Shown: positions 36,385 to 49,059 of the stretch, piece by piece
Numbering within the stretch: the stretch's first letter is position 1
How the letters are laid out: every line of letters begins with the position of its first letter
NCBI RefSeq assembly: GCF_006345805.1
Contig: NC_043009.1
Coordinates: 34,162,001 to 34,226,000 of the forward strand
Direction: 5' to 3'
DNA length: 64,000 nt
Source of the DNA: Octopus sinensis
Taxonomy: Eukaryota
Notes under the pieces: generated by a model
What the model was told of the DNA's origin: nothing
Seen by the model: only the letters and a program-made list of their open reading frames with translations
Database searches by the model: none
Program-made: the position numbers and the translations under genes

Positions 36385-36795
36385 AAATTGTAGGTATTTC
36401 TGTCTTTATGTTGTGAGTTCAAATTCCGCCGAGGTCGACTTTACTTTTCATCCTTTTGGGGTTGATAAATTAAGTACCAGTTGCGTACTGGGATCGATCT
36501 AATTGACTGGGGCCCTCGCCCCAAAATTTAGGGCTTTGTGCCTAAAGTAGAAAAGAATACTTAAATTGAAGGAAGGCGGCGAGCTGGCAGAAACGTTAAC
36601 ACGCTGGGCGAAATACTTAGTGGTATTTTGTCTGTTCTTACGTTCTGAGTTCAAATTCTGCTGGGGTCGACTTTACCTTTCATCCTTTCGGGGTCGATAA
36701 ATCAAGTACTAGTTGCGTACTGGGGTCGATGTAATCGACTGGCCCCCTGCCCCCCAAAAATTTCGGGTCTTGTGCCTAGAGTAGAAAAGAATATT
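36385..36795 (+). mobile_element. Two further SINE A copies
   Basis: gagttcaaattccgccgaggtcgac at 36414; full head ggcggcgagctggcagaaacg from about 36575. Confidence 0.85.
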
Positions 36796-36865
36796 TACTC
36801 CTTTAGATAACGTCATCTTTGTTCTAATTCTTGCTGAACTTTTATTCGAATTGATGTTATTAATA

Positions 36866-37240
36866 GGAGCACTCCGTCGGTTGCGACGATGAGGGTCCCA
36901 GCTGATACGATCAACGGAACAGCCTGCTCGTGAAATTAACGTGTAAGTGGCTGAGCACTCCACAGACACGTGTACCCATAACGTAGTTCTCAGGAAGATT
37001 CAGCGTGACACACAGAATGTGACAAGGCTGGCCCTTTGAAATACAGGTACAAGAGAAAGAGCGAGAGAAAGTTGTGGTGAAAGAGTACAGCAGGGTTCAC
37101 CCCCCCCCCCCTGCCGGAGCCTCGTGGAGCTTTAGGTGTTTTCGCTCAATAAACACTCACAATGCCCGGTCTGGGAATCGAAACCGCGATCCTCTGACCG
37201 CGAGTCCGCTGCCCTAACCACTGGGCCATTGCGCCTCCAC
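36866..37240 (-). mobile_element. tRNA-derived SINE family D, full length
   Basis: Reverse complement gtggaggcgcaatggcccagtggttagggcagcggactcgcggtcagaggatcgcggtttcgattccc...accgacggagtgc. Confidence 0.88.
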
Positions 37241-37944
37241 GATGTTATTAATTATGTTAAATTGGGCTGTTTCCCTTTCCACGACATAAAATTCCCTTCT
37301 ATTTGAGTTTCTTTATTTCGTTTGACGTTATTCAGCTTAAAATTTATTAGGCTATTCTGATTGTAATCTCGTTTTTGAAATTTCGATAATACTTCAACTT
37401 TATGTGCTGCTATAATTTGTGCAATATTTCTAAGACAATAAGCCAGTCTAATCTTATGTCCATTAAAAACTTTGTAATATTTATGATTTCTTGGAAAATA
37501 TTTTTAAATTGTTATATTAAACAATTTGGAAAAAATGTAATTTACCTGTTTACCAAATAGAACAATTAACCATAAAGTATTCTTCGAGTTAAGATCATAA
37601 TATTGATGTTTATACCCGTTTTTCGAAGAAGTATGTATTCTCTGGTTTTGATCCATTTTAAAGTTAGCGTTTATTTTATTTTCCTCTTCAAATTTTTTAT
37701 TTTCTATTAAAAGAATTTGAGATTGTATTAGAGAATACTACATCCTCATTTCTATAAGCAGAACGAGAATTTTTAACCCGGTTATCAACAATCTTACAAT
37801 TTTCCTTTTGTTTGAATTATAATTCTTCATTTGTTTATTTTCTCAATCAAAATCGCCTACGCTTGTTATTTTATCAACTTCACTATTTGATTTTAAATCT
37901 CCATTGCTACATTTCTTATAAGTAGATTTGTTTATGGTGCTAGA

Positions 37945-38221
37945 TTTTAGAATTGCATTATTAAAGTAAGAAAACAGCACAGCTCCCATGACTTCAGGAA
38001 ACATTATTTTCACGCTGAGAGTTGCTGAAGCATGGAACAAACTGCCGGCATCAGTTGTTAGTTGTCGGAGCACTGCATCCTTCAAAACTTCCATGCTTCC
38101 TGAGATTCGTCAACACTACACTTGATTTTCTCCCCTCCATACTGCATGTACTTTATATGCACTTTCTGACAAGTTGTGGTGCACCTGAGCACTGTATACA
38201 ATAATTTCATTATTATTATTA
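37945..38221 (+). mobile_element. CR1 LINE 3' end
   Basis: KVRKQHSSHDFRK..LRVAEAWNKLPASVV..SFKTSM, short UTR, (ATT)n tail. Confidence 0.85.
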
Positions 38222-38834
38222 TTTAAAATTACTATTTAAATCTGGTTCCATATTTGACTTATTAATCTTAATTTTATCGTTACACCCCGCTTTCCTAAGA
38301 GCCAAGTTATAGTAGTCTTCATTAAGTTTGAAAATATTCTCATTGGCTCAAAATATTCTCATTGGCTGAAAATATTCTCATTAAGTTATTCTAAACGAAA
38401 TGTTCTTTATTAGTGAATTTGTTACTGATTTGGGTTACCGAAGTTATTTTAGCCGTAAAAAGAGTTGTTGAGTCAAAAACATAGTTTATTTGGTAGATAG
38501 ATAATAAGCAGCTTTCTTTATTATAATACAGATATGACTAATTCGGAGAAACATTACTTTCATTATTCACACATCGTCACTCTCGTAATACGACACTTTG
38601 TAATTTTGGTTCAAAATAAAAATGTGAAACTATTTACATATTGCAATGAAACCTGGTGGTTGTAGAGAAGTGTATCTGAAATAACTATAGCTGATTGTTG
38701 AGATAACGTAGAAAATATGTAAATGAAAATAAAGTTTATTTGACATGTGTAATCAATTTTATTGTTCTTGTCTTAACATCAGTTGGTAAGAATAGAAATC
38801 ATTTGACGACACCTTTTTGTTTGTAATTGGTTAT

Positions 38835-39060
38835 CCTGTTGCAGGTTCAATCCGTGGAATATTGAAATGATACCCATCTGGTCCATTCCTCAGAATAAGA
38901 GTATACTGGAGAGCATGATCAGAGGGATGAGGGTGTGAAACACGTTTAAGGTTGTTATCTCGAACATGAATGAGATTATCATGACATAATTTTCATGGGG
39001 ATCACCAACCATAAGGATGGCTACTTCATTAGATGTGGGCATTAATAAACGTAAAACTTC
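38835..39060 (-). pseudogene. Helitron Rep/helicase fragment
   Basis: NAPTSNEVAILMVGD..LIHVRDNNLKRVSHPHPS..LQYTL..GPDGYHFNIP across frameshifts matches the Helitron NAPTxxEVA..LQRISE.H.SYD.LQYP..GEDG block. Confidence 0.75.
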
Positions 39061-39506
39061 CTTTACTATTGTTTACTATAGACGTAAGGAATGCAGAAAC
39101 ACACTCATAGAATTGATAATATTGAAAACAGCAAAATGTACACATACGAAGTTCAAGCGAAACGAAATGTAGTCAATATAGGTGCAAAACATACTTTCTG
39201 TAGCATAGTTATGCTATAAAAAAAAAAATGTAAAGTCACCAATTTAGCAAAAGTTATTATGTGTCACCAATGTAACAAAGTACAGAAAGTCAACATCTAT
39301 TTGGAACATGTACTAAATATTATATAATTCATGACTGAATGACTGTCACGGTGAAGAAAGTGAAAGTCCAATAAAATTCAGAAGGCATAATTCAATATTT
39401 CATACAAAAATAATTTATTTTACAATTTTGAAACTATATATATATATTATATATATGGAAAAAAAAGTCAAGATAGAAAATGCTAAAATAATTTTATAAA
39501 ATACAT

Positions 39507-39546
39507 TTCAGTACCGGTTTCAGTCATTGAGAACTTTTCAACTGTA
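39507..39546 (-). ncRNA. Candidate minimal hammerhead, U3-A8 variant
   Basis: Minus strand: cag-TTGAAAA-gttc-tcaat-gact-GAA-ACCGGT-A-ctg; stem II is imperfect. Confidence 0.45.
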
Positions 39547-39698
39547 ACGATTAAACAATTAAATTTAGAAAAATTAAAAGAAAAGTTTTTTTAAAAGAAT
39601 ATTTGTATAGTGTTCAAATACAAGTGGCATTTTCCTTGTTTCTGCCTGTCTCTGTGCTTCTTGTTTACTCTTGTGGGTTCGAGGTCGTTGTGAATTCT

Positions 39699-39800
<102 letters not shown>

Positions 39801-39958
39801 CTTTATTTTAAGCAGCAGAAAATTCAACAAAATCTGTTACTCTGAGTTTCTCGTTGCCGTTCATCAGACAGTTTTTGCTAGCAAAAACTGTCTGATGAAC
39901 GGCAACGAGAAACTCAGAGTAACAGATTTTGTTGAATTTTCTGCTGCTTAAAATAAAG
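39801..39958. repeat. Perfect 158-bp palindrome, no spacer (centre gct|agc 39879/39880)
   Basis: The 79-nt arms are exact reverse complements when checked base by base. Confidence 0.97.
39883..39930 (+). ncRNA. Type I hammerhead motif (mirror copy on minus strand at 39829-39876)
   Basis: aaaaactgt-CTGATGA-acggcaacga-GAA-ACTC-A-GAGT-A-acagatttt; predicted cleavage after 39921. Confidence 0.75.
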
Positions 39959-40052
39959 CATATTACTCTACCACTGGTATTTGAGTACTCTTTTTTCCAC
40001 CTTGTTTCACATTTATGTGTTTACTCCGGTATATATATATATAATATATATA

Positions 40053-40165
<113 letters not shown>

Positions 40166-40170
40166 CATAT

Positions 40171-40552
40171 AGGCGTTGGAGTGGCTGTGTGGTAAGTAGT
40201 TTGCTTACCAGCCACATGGTTCCGGGCTCAGTTCCACTGCCTGGCAACTTGGCAAGTGTCTTCGACTATAGCTTTGTGAGTGGATTTGGTAGACGGAAAC
40301 TAAAGAAGCCCGTCAAATATATGCGTGTGAATATGTGTGTGTATGTTTGTGTGTCTGTGTTTCTCACCCAACATCACTTGACAGCCGATGCTGGTGTGTT
40401 TACGTCCCCGTAACTTAACGGTTCGGCAAAGGAGCCCGATAGAATAAGTACAAGGTTTACGAAGAATAAGTCCTGGGGTCGATTTGCTCGACTAAAGGCG
40501 GTTCCCCAGCATGGCCGCAGTCAAATGACTAAAATAAGTAAAAGAACTAAAA

Positions 40553-40555
<3 letters not shown>
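40171..40555 (+). mobile_element. SINE family B, older copy
   Basis: Same head, core and tail with more substitutions. Confidence 0.85.
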
Positions 40556-40601
<46 letters not shown>

Positions 40602-40640
40602 TTCATATATATATACATTTCTATATCATTTGTTCCGGTA

Positions 40641-41201
40641 ATCTCCACAGATTATCTATAGAAATTATAGCCTGCACTGATTTTGTTACGATGTTTCATA
40701 TCCAAGATGCTTGATGTAAACAAACAGTCAGATCGAAGACGAAAAATGGGTAATGGGCGTATATTACATATTTCAGAAGTTTTTGCTCCTTCATCGGCAC
40801 CCGTCCAACCCATTAATCATTCGCGAGCACATTGTTTAAATGGCCACTAAAAATAGCGGTGTAACGCGATTGGATATACCAATTTTACATATCAAGCACT
40901 TTCTTGGAAGTGTTTACATATCAGCTTCCAGGAATGTGTTTCGTATGTAATATTGGTACGTGCAATAACGTTGCACCGCCAGGTTTAGTGGCTATTTAAG
41001 CAATGTGTTCGTGGATTATTAATGGGTTAAATGGGTGCCGATGAAGAAGCAAAAACTACTGAAATATTTCTTATACGCCCATTACCCATTTTTCATCTTC
41101 GATCTCATTGTTTGTTTGCATCAGGTAAACAAGCATCGAATACGAAACGGCATAACAAAAATCAATACTGGTTTTAATTTCTATAGAAAATCTGTAGAGA
41201 T
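40641..41201. mobile_element. About 560-bp diverged fold-back element
   Basis: Arms pair throughout, e.g. aaaaatgggtaatgggcgtat / atacgcccattacccattttt; centre ttcttggaag..cttccaggaa. Confidence 0.8.
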
Positions 41202-41202
41202 A

Positions 41203-41373
41203 GGCGCAGGAGTGGCTGTGTGGTAAATAGCTTGCTAACCAACCACATGGTTCCGGGTTCAGTCCCACTGCGTGGCATCTTGGGCAAGTGTCTTCTGCTA
41301 TAGCCCCGGGCCGACCAATACCTTGTGAGTGAATTTGGTAGACGGAAACTGAAAGAAGCCTGTCGTATATATG

Positions 41374-41439
<66 letters not shown>

Positions 41440-41628
41440 GTGTGTGTGTGTGTGTGTTTGTCCCCCTAGCATTGTCCCCGTCACTTAGCGGTTCGGCAAA
41501 AGAGACCGATAGAATAAGTACTGGGCTTACAAAGAATAAGTCCCGGGGTCGATTTGCCCGACTAAAGGCGGTGCTCCAGCATGGCCGCAGTCAAATGACT
41601 GAAACAAGTAAGAGTAAGTAAGAGTAAG
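41203..41628 (+). mobile_element. SINE family B, young
   Basis: Near-identical to the 24.1 and 25.8 kb copies, with a short internal deletion. Confidence 0.9.
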
Positions 41629-41683
41629 ATAACCAGAACAAGTGATGTAATAACACTACTAAGTTGGGCACGGTATTGACGTA

Positions 41684-42267
41684 GGATTTTTTCCTTTTGA
41701 TAGACAGAATTCCATGCAATTTCTAGTTAACTAAACAATTTGAAACTTCGAAAACAATAATATGCCTAAATCGGTCTAGAGTGGGATATGAGGATGCGCG
41801 GGGAGTGTGGGTCGTATTGTAAAAATTTGCGAAATATATTTTCATAAAAGGATGCCCCAGCTTGTCGGAGGCTGTGATATAAATTGGGGAAAAAATCCTC
41901 GACACCAGTGCGTAATTGGTACTTAATTTATCGACCCCGAAACGATGAAACATTGATCCCCCATTTCTGGTTTATTTACCTTTTCTGTAAATTTGTTCCG
42001 GCAAGGGGCAAAACACAGAGGGGACAAAGCATGAGAGACAAAAATATTAAGTCGATTCTATCGACACCAGTGCGAACTCACGAACGTGTATGTATGCTTG
42101 TGTGCGTATGTGTGTGTATGTATATCTCCGTTTGTATGTGTGTGTACGCTTATATATTAATTACTATGTGCTTGTGCAAATGTACATGCATGTGTTTGAG
42201 AGAGAGAGGGAGTGACGGAGAGTGTATGTGTGTGTGTGTGTGCAAGTGTACGTGTGTATGTATCTGA

Positions 42268-42306
<39 letters not shown>

Positions 42307-42728
42307 CGGCGTGCGTATATGCGTATAAGCATGTATCTTTGTGTATGTATATGTATTCTTGTCTGTGTGTGCATGTGTGTGTGTGTATGTATATTTACTT
42401 CTATATGCAGGCGCGCTTGTATATGTGGGATCTTTTCCTTTTGATATTTAAGAGATATGGCTGTTCTTTCTAGCACATGCCAACACAACCCTCCTCGTTT
42501 ATTTATCAATATCGATAACGCAGCAAATGATTTCAGCTAAAAAGAGAGCATAGGATTGGTTAAAATTCGAAAAATTAAACTACGTTAACCAAACGAATTA
42601 CAAATTTATCAAAATAGCCAAGTGAAAATAATGTTTTCTTTTGACACATTCTACCAGTATACGAAGTTTCAAATTGTTTAGTTAACTAGAAATTGTGTTG
42701 AATTCTGTCTATCAAAAGGAAAAAATCC
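41684..42728. mobile_element. Related GG-terminal MITE with 8-bp TSD and internal SINE/microsatellite insertions
   Basis: TIR ggattttttccttttgatagacagaattc; TSD ttgacgta (41676-83) / ctgacgta (42729-36). Confidence 0.8.
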
Positions 42729-43734
42729 CTGACGTATAAAGTATCAGCTGACTCAAATACCAATGCTGTGGATTTACTTACAGCGGATGTAAACATGCCA
42801 AGAAATTATTCGCTTTGGTTTGAGGACATTCCGCTGGGTCACATATTGGATAATGCCAGCAATATCATATGATTAGATTGCAACGGACTGCTGCTGCTTC
42901 GAACGGCACTTTCTAAGATAGTCTGTCTGGTGTTACCCTCTTAGGCCAGTATTATAGTTCTCAATATCCCATTACTCTATCTTCAGATGGTGTTGGTCCT
43001 ATTTACTCTGGTTTCTTTTCTTCGACCGTTCTCCCGCCGCCAAGGGTGACAGTAACAGGTGTGATAGAATCCTGTCAGAATCAAAGGACCTCACAAGTCC
43101 TCCATCACGACAAGGAACGACTATCAAAGGGGGTGTGTGTGTGCGCGCGCGCGCACACACACACATTTAAAAAGAGACTGAGAGGGAGAGAGATGTATGT
43201 GTATGAGTAAAGAATTTGACAGTTATTCAATCCTTAAATAATATTCTCACAACATATTCTACGAAATCTATCTCCAAATATTCCTGCTGATGATGAAAAT
43301 CTGTTTCAGACGAGAATTGATGGCAGTGGTGTTGTATACTCTAAAGGTAAAATGGCGGCGATGGTGTCGTCTAGTTTACAGGAAAGTTTAATGTCAAAGT
43401 TTTGAAATGTCGTTATTTCACTTTTGGGGCAAAAGTTAACTGGAACACACTTCCGTCGTTAAACTTGCGGTTGAATTTCATTTATCTGTTTTTGTAACAG
43501 CAGTAGTTGTTATTTCATTATAAAAATTCAACTATAATGTAGGAATAACTAAAGCTACTATGGGTTTCATTTATGATTTATATCAAATTTTACCATAACC
43601 ACTTCTCTGTCGCTCCTCACGTTTTTAATGTAACTTTGTTTTTGTTTTGTCCCTCTCCGCTCATTTAATTTTCTGCGTACTTTTTTCAGTTGCATGTGTG
43701 AATTAGTTTTTTATGGCAAAAAATAACTCATTAT

Positions 43735-43746
43735 TATTATTATTAC

Positions 43747-43797
<51 letters not shown>

Positions 43798-43866
43798 CAA
43801 AAGAGCAGAATTATTATTATTATTATTATTATCAAAATAGCAGAATTATTATTATTATTATTATTA
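43735..43866. repeat. (TTA)n array at the LINE 5' junction
   Basis: Direct reading of the sequence. Confidence 0.9.
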
Positions 43867-46180
43867 AAAGAAGAATCCAGGCAAGGTTAGACATGCTCTC
43901 GAAGGAAATCTCTGTGTTAGACCGAAAAGAGAAGGGGGAGCTTAAAAGCGAACAAAAATGCAGCGCGCTGAAAAGAAAGTATAATATTGAAAGAAAGGGC
44001 CTGAAAGTAGTAGTGGAGGAGCTGAAACAGCACCACGTTGCAAAGAAAACAAAGATGGTAAGATACGACCAAAGAATGAAGGGTTACCACCAGATAGGTT
44101 ATTCATAGTAGATCAGAAGAGATTCTATAAAGAAATAAATAGAGAGTGTACAGATGAAAAGTTGATACCAGATAACATTGAAAGTTAAAGGTTTTGGAGT
44201 GACATCTGGAGCAAAGACGAGGACCACACGAAGGATGCTGAATGGTTGCAAGAATTGAAACAAACAGTAGTCTGTCCAAAACAGGCACAATTAGTCACTT
44301 CAGTTACGGAAGTGAAGGAAATCAGCAAAAAAAAAAAAAAATGAGCAACTGGAAGACCCCGGGACCAGATGGAGTTCAAGGCTACTGGATCAAAATATTT
44401 GGTGAATGTCATGCACAAATAGTTAAATCCCGACCAAGTAACACCTGAGTGGTTACTGGGTAGGACAGTGCCGTGCCTGAAAAACATCGAAAAAGGCAAT
44501 ACGGTAGACAATTACAGGCCGATATCCTGTTTGCCACTTATGTGGAAGTTATTGACTGGAATACTCGCAGAGTCAATGTACGAATATCTGGGGAAAAAAT
44601 GGAGTCCTGACACATGAGCAGAAAAGTTGCAAACGTAAGTGCAGAGGTACCAAGGATCAACTCCTGGTAGACAAAACTGTACTTAGAGACTGCAAGAGGA
44701 GGAAAAGTAACTTAGGCATGTCATGGATCAATTATTCTTGGATTGTGGAGTGTATTAACCTATTTGGTATTGCATCGAATGTTGAGCGATTGCTTGAAAA
44801 AGTATGCCGAAGTAGAGGACGGAACTGACAGCATATGGAAGAAGTTTAAGGACAACAGCAATCAGGAGAGGCATCTTCCAAGGAGGCTGCCAGTCCCCGC
44901 TGATCTTTGTACTAAGCATGATACCACTAACACTGATTCTGAGGAAAGCAAAGGCTGAGTATGTATTCATGAGCCGCAAACAAAAAATCAACCTCTTGTT
45001 ATTCATGGATGACCTCAAACTTTATGGTAAAGATGAAGCCCAAGTCAGTTCCCTCGTTGATACGGAGTATATTTTCAGTGCTGATATCAGAATGGAGTTC
45101 GGGCTGAGAAAGTGTGGTGTGTTAGTCTTGAAGAGACGCAAAATTAAATGTATGGACGGGCTAGCGATACCATCGGGGGAGGTTATGAAGCAAATAGAAG
45201 AGACAGACTATAAGTACTTGGAATTATTGGAAATGGATAAATTGATGGAGAAAGAAATGGCATAAAAATTTAAGGTGGAGCACTTGCGCAGACTGAGACT
45301 GATCCTTAAGTCGAAATTAAACAGATGAAATAAGATTGAAGCTATCAACACCTGGGCGGTTTCACTCCTTAGATATGGAGCAGGGGTGATCGCGTGGACT
45401 GCTTAGACAGAAAGACAAGGAAGTTACTGATTAGATATGAGACACTCCACCCAAAAAGTGACACAGACGACTATAGGTACCAAGAAAAGGAGGGGAAAGA
45501 AGACTGATTGGATGCGAACACAGCATTAGAGCAGAAGAAAACAACATAGCATGGTATGTAAAAAAGCCACAGAACTGTTATTATTAGAAGGTCAGGCTTG
45601 AGTAGGATGGAAGATTGCAAAGATAATGCACTGTACAAACACATGAGAATGAATGAAACTGAAAATAGGTGGATAAAGAAAAGGATGTATGGACAATTTC
45701 ATAGAGATTTTGAAGATAAGACAGAGAAAAAAGATGGCTATGGATGACTACAAGGGATTTAACCGGAAACGGAGGCTCTAATCTGTGCTGTCCAAGAGCA
45801 AGCATTAAGAACCAATTACATCAAATACAGAATAGACAACACATCGGAAAGTGGTCAGTGCAGAATTTGTGGACAAAATGATGAAACTTTATGGCATATT
45901 ACCAGTCAATGTACGCCACTAGACCAGAAAGAATATAAGAGACGTCATAAACCCGAAGGCATCATCGAACATGATAATGCAAAAATCCTATGGGATTTTA
46001 TGATTCAGTACGACATTGAGATAGAGAATAGGAAATCAGACATAGTGTTAATTGAGGAAGAAAGTAAACGATGCTGATAACAAGGTACGCGATAATGAAG
46101 AAAGAAGAGTCGATAGATATGACAGGTTAGCTTGGAAGGTTAAGTAGTTGTGGTCGCTGAAAAAGGTGGTAGTAGTTTCG
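43867..46180 (+). pseudogene. R4/Dong-like LINE, RT to restriction-like endonuclease, degenerate
   Basis: [85 protein letters not shown]. Confidence 0.92.
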
Positions 46181-46520
46181 TCAAATGTATCGTAGAATCT
46201 GTATTTAGGATCAGAACCGTCTTGAAGAACGTTAGCTTGGCAGTTTTTGGTAAGCAAGCTTTGATCTTGTGCCAAACCTTCAGCCTCTGCTTTCAGTCCT
46301 GAACTTATCAGCCACTGATAGGTTGTTGTTTGGTCTACATCAGCACTATGGCTTCGAAGTATATATTGTCCATGCAGAGGCTTCTGGCTCAACCACTCCT
46401 CAGTTTGTTTCTACTCGTTCTTTTTTGCAGTCTGCTTGATCCGTTTTACTTGTTTAGTGGCAGTGATTACAGGTTCTTCATCTAATTCAGGGTTAATGCC
46501 AAGTACCCTTGCGAATTTGC
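46181..46520 (-). pseudogene. Inverted fragment of a different R4/Dong-like subfamily
   Basis: KPLHGQY..TYQWLISSGLKAEAEG..AQDQSLLTKN..GSDPK. Confidence 0.8.
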
Positions 46521-46557
46521 AAGCTTCCTTATTATTATTATTATAGTTATCATTATT

Positions 46558-46875
<318 letters not shown>

Positions 46876-47949
46876 AGGATTATTATCAATATCAAACGTA
46901 TGAACTTGCAAAATTAAAGGTACGATATTTTTCTCAGTACAGACGCACCCTATAAAATTTTAAGCTCTTGCAAATTGCCTCTGGTACTAAAAATGATTCT
47001 CACAGCCCCATTCTATGCGGTCGTTATAGAAATAGCAATCACATCTTTCTCAGATCACACTTTTTATATAATTAAAGAATAGACTGAATAATGAAGATTT
47101 GTTTCTAGGATAGGTTAAATGTTTGCATTAAGGTATATTGATAAGCCGGCGCATCTTTCCGTATGACACTGAGAAACAAATCACAGTTAATCGGGTTCTC
47201 AAATTTTTGTTTCTTGCCTCAAGCAGAACAAAGATAGGAGGTCCAATACGAACTAAGAACGAAGGAGATATCTTAAGGCATCTTGTTTGAAGCTCTAACA
47301 ATTACACCAATCCACCATTGAATGTTTAATTTGCCGATCCCAAAAGATTGAAAGGCATAGCTGAATTAGGTAGGATTTGAACTTCTTGCGCAGAGAACCG
47401 GAGCAAGACTCGTAAAGCATTTTATCCGACTTAAATACATTAAAACATTGTATAAAATACGGGATAGTTACGGCTGGGATGCCTTTGATAACAGGACTGC
47501 TCTATCAGGCTTGTTCTGGATTAAACAACAACGACATCAACTCACTATAATAATGTACATATTTAACCTTGCATTAGAATATTCCCATGTTTATAACCCG
47601 TAAAACTTTCTAAATCTAATAAGGAAAATTAGAATACTGTTTTAGGCACGCATGTATGTATGTATGTATGTATGTATGTATGTATGTATGTATGTATGTA
47701 TGTATGTATGTATAATTATATTTTTTTTATGTATCAGTCTTTACAAGTAACCATTTGTTTAGAATTTAATATACTTCATTACACTCTAATATATACACTC
47801 ACAAGAACGTATTCATGTTTATTAACAAAGGCTACATTTTTCTCTGCTACCCTTCACTTCTATAAACATTACTAATAAATACTCTGTTGAGTCATATCAT
47901 TACCGTTAGTTAAATAATTTACATTTTTGAAGACTGTGGTGTTATTGGA

Positions 47950-47988
<39 letters not shown>

Positions 47989-48214
47989 AACTCTAAATAA
48001 GTAAAGCTATAAATAATAGCATATAAATAAGGGTTAAAACCCTTTTAGACAAAAAAGTCGAAGGCTAGCCGTTTCAATTTACTCAGTATCAAATTACGAA
48101 TGAATTAATGACTATTTCCATCCTCATAGCTGAGTGTTGGAGGCCTCGGACACCCACCATTCATTGAGATTTCATGCTCTCTCGGGGTAGATAAAGTAAT
48201 TAGGCCCCAACTTC

Positions 48215-48633
48215 GAATCTTTTCGGTTTGACCGGCAGTTTTTTAAAATAATTTCCACGTAACTAAACACTTTTAAACTTCCTATACTGGTAGAATGTGT
48301 TTATAAAACATCTTTTTTTCTTAGCTTTATTGAGAAAATTCTATGGTTTGTAAGATAATTGTTGTTTTTTTTTTCTTCAATTTCTGCAATTTCAATCAAT
48401 CAATGACGTCTATTGAGGTGAAAACACTCTGTGCCGTACGAACATGTCCCTCGTTTAAGAAACAGATTGGGTTTATTTACATTTCTGAAGAAAAAAAGAT
48501 ACCCTTCCCCCACCCCTAACCCTAACCCTAAAACAGATTGAAATGCAATAGATCGATACTAGGGTCATAATTATGAGTGACAATTTCATTTGACACCGCT
48601 AGAAAAAAACTGCCGTTCAAACCGAAAAGATCC
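48215..48633 (-). mobile_element. GGATC-terminal MITE with perfect 8-bp TSD
   Basis: TSD ccaacttc at 48207-14 and 48634-41; (CCCTAA) repeats inside. Confidence 0.92.
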
Positions 48634-48920
48634 CCAACTTCTACCCCCACTCACTAGTAGTCTTCAAATTTTTCTATCTAAAAGTTATTTTAACTCAATA
48701 TTTACACTATTAATTACATCTTTATCTACTTTGAATTCTGAAGTACAAAAAAAAAAAAACAAGGATTATCTCTTGTTCTTTCGAGATTTCGAGGATTCGG
48801 GATTCTTATGATAAATATGTATATATACAGTATATATATATATCTTTTATCTTTTATTTTTCAAATGTGTATCTATCAAAGTAATTGTATTCTGTATATA
48901 ACTTTATCTTTATTCTAAAT

Positions 48921-48965
48921 AAAACTGCCCGACAAACGGGACGTGAAACTCTGAGTAACAGTTTT
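48921..48965 (+). ncRNA. Degenerate hammerhead, same family as 39883
   Basis: aaaactgc-CCGACAA-acg-gga-cgt-GAA-ACTC-T-GAGT-A-acagtttt; core mutated. Confidence 0.5.
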
Positions 48966-49059
48966 TATGACATTTTTGCTGCTTTTTAATAAAGTATATA
49001 TATATAATTATTTTTTCCGTTCGTTTGTTTAATAATATACGTGTTTGACTTATAAAATA

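Noticed and set aside
42740-43020. Transposase-like peptide (VTQRNVLKPK..) on the minus strand
   Set aside because: Too degenerate to assign without a profile search.
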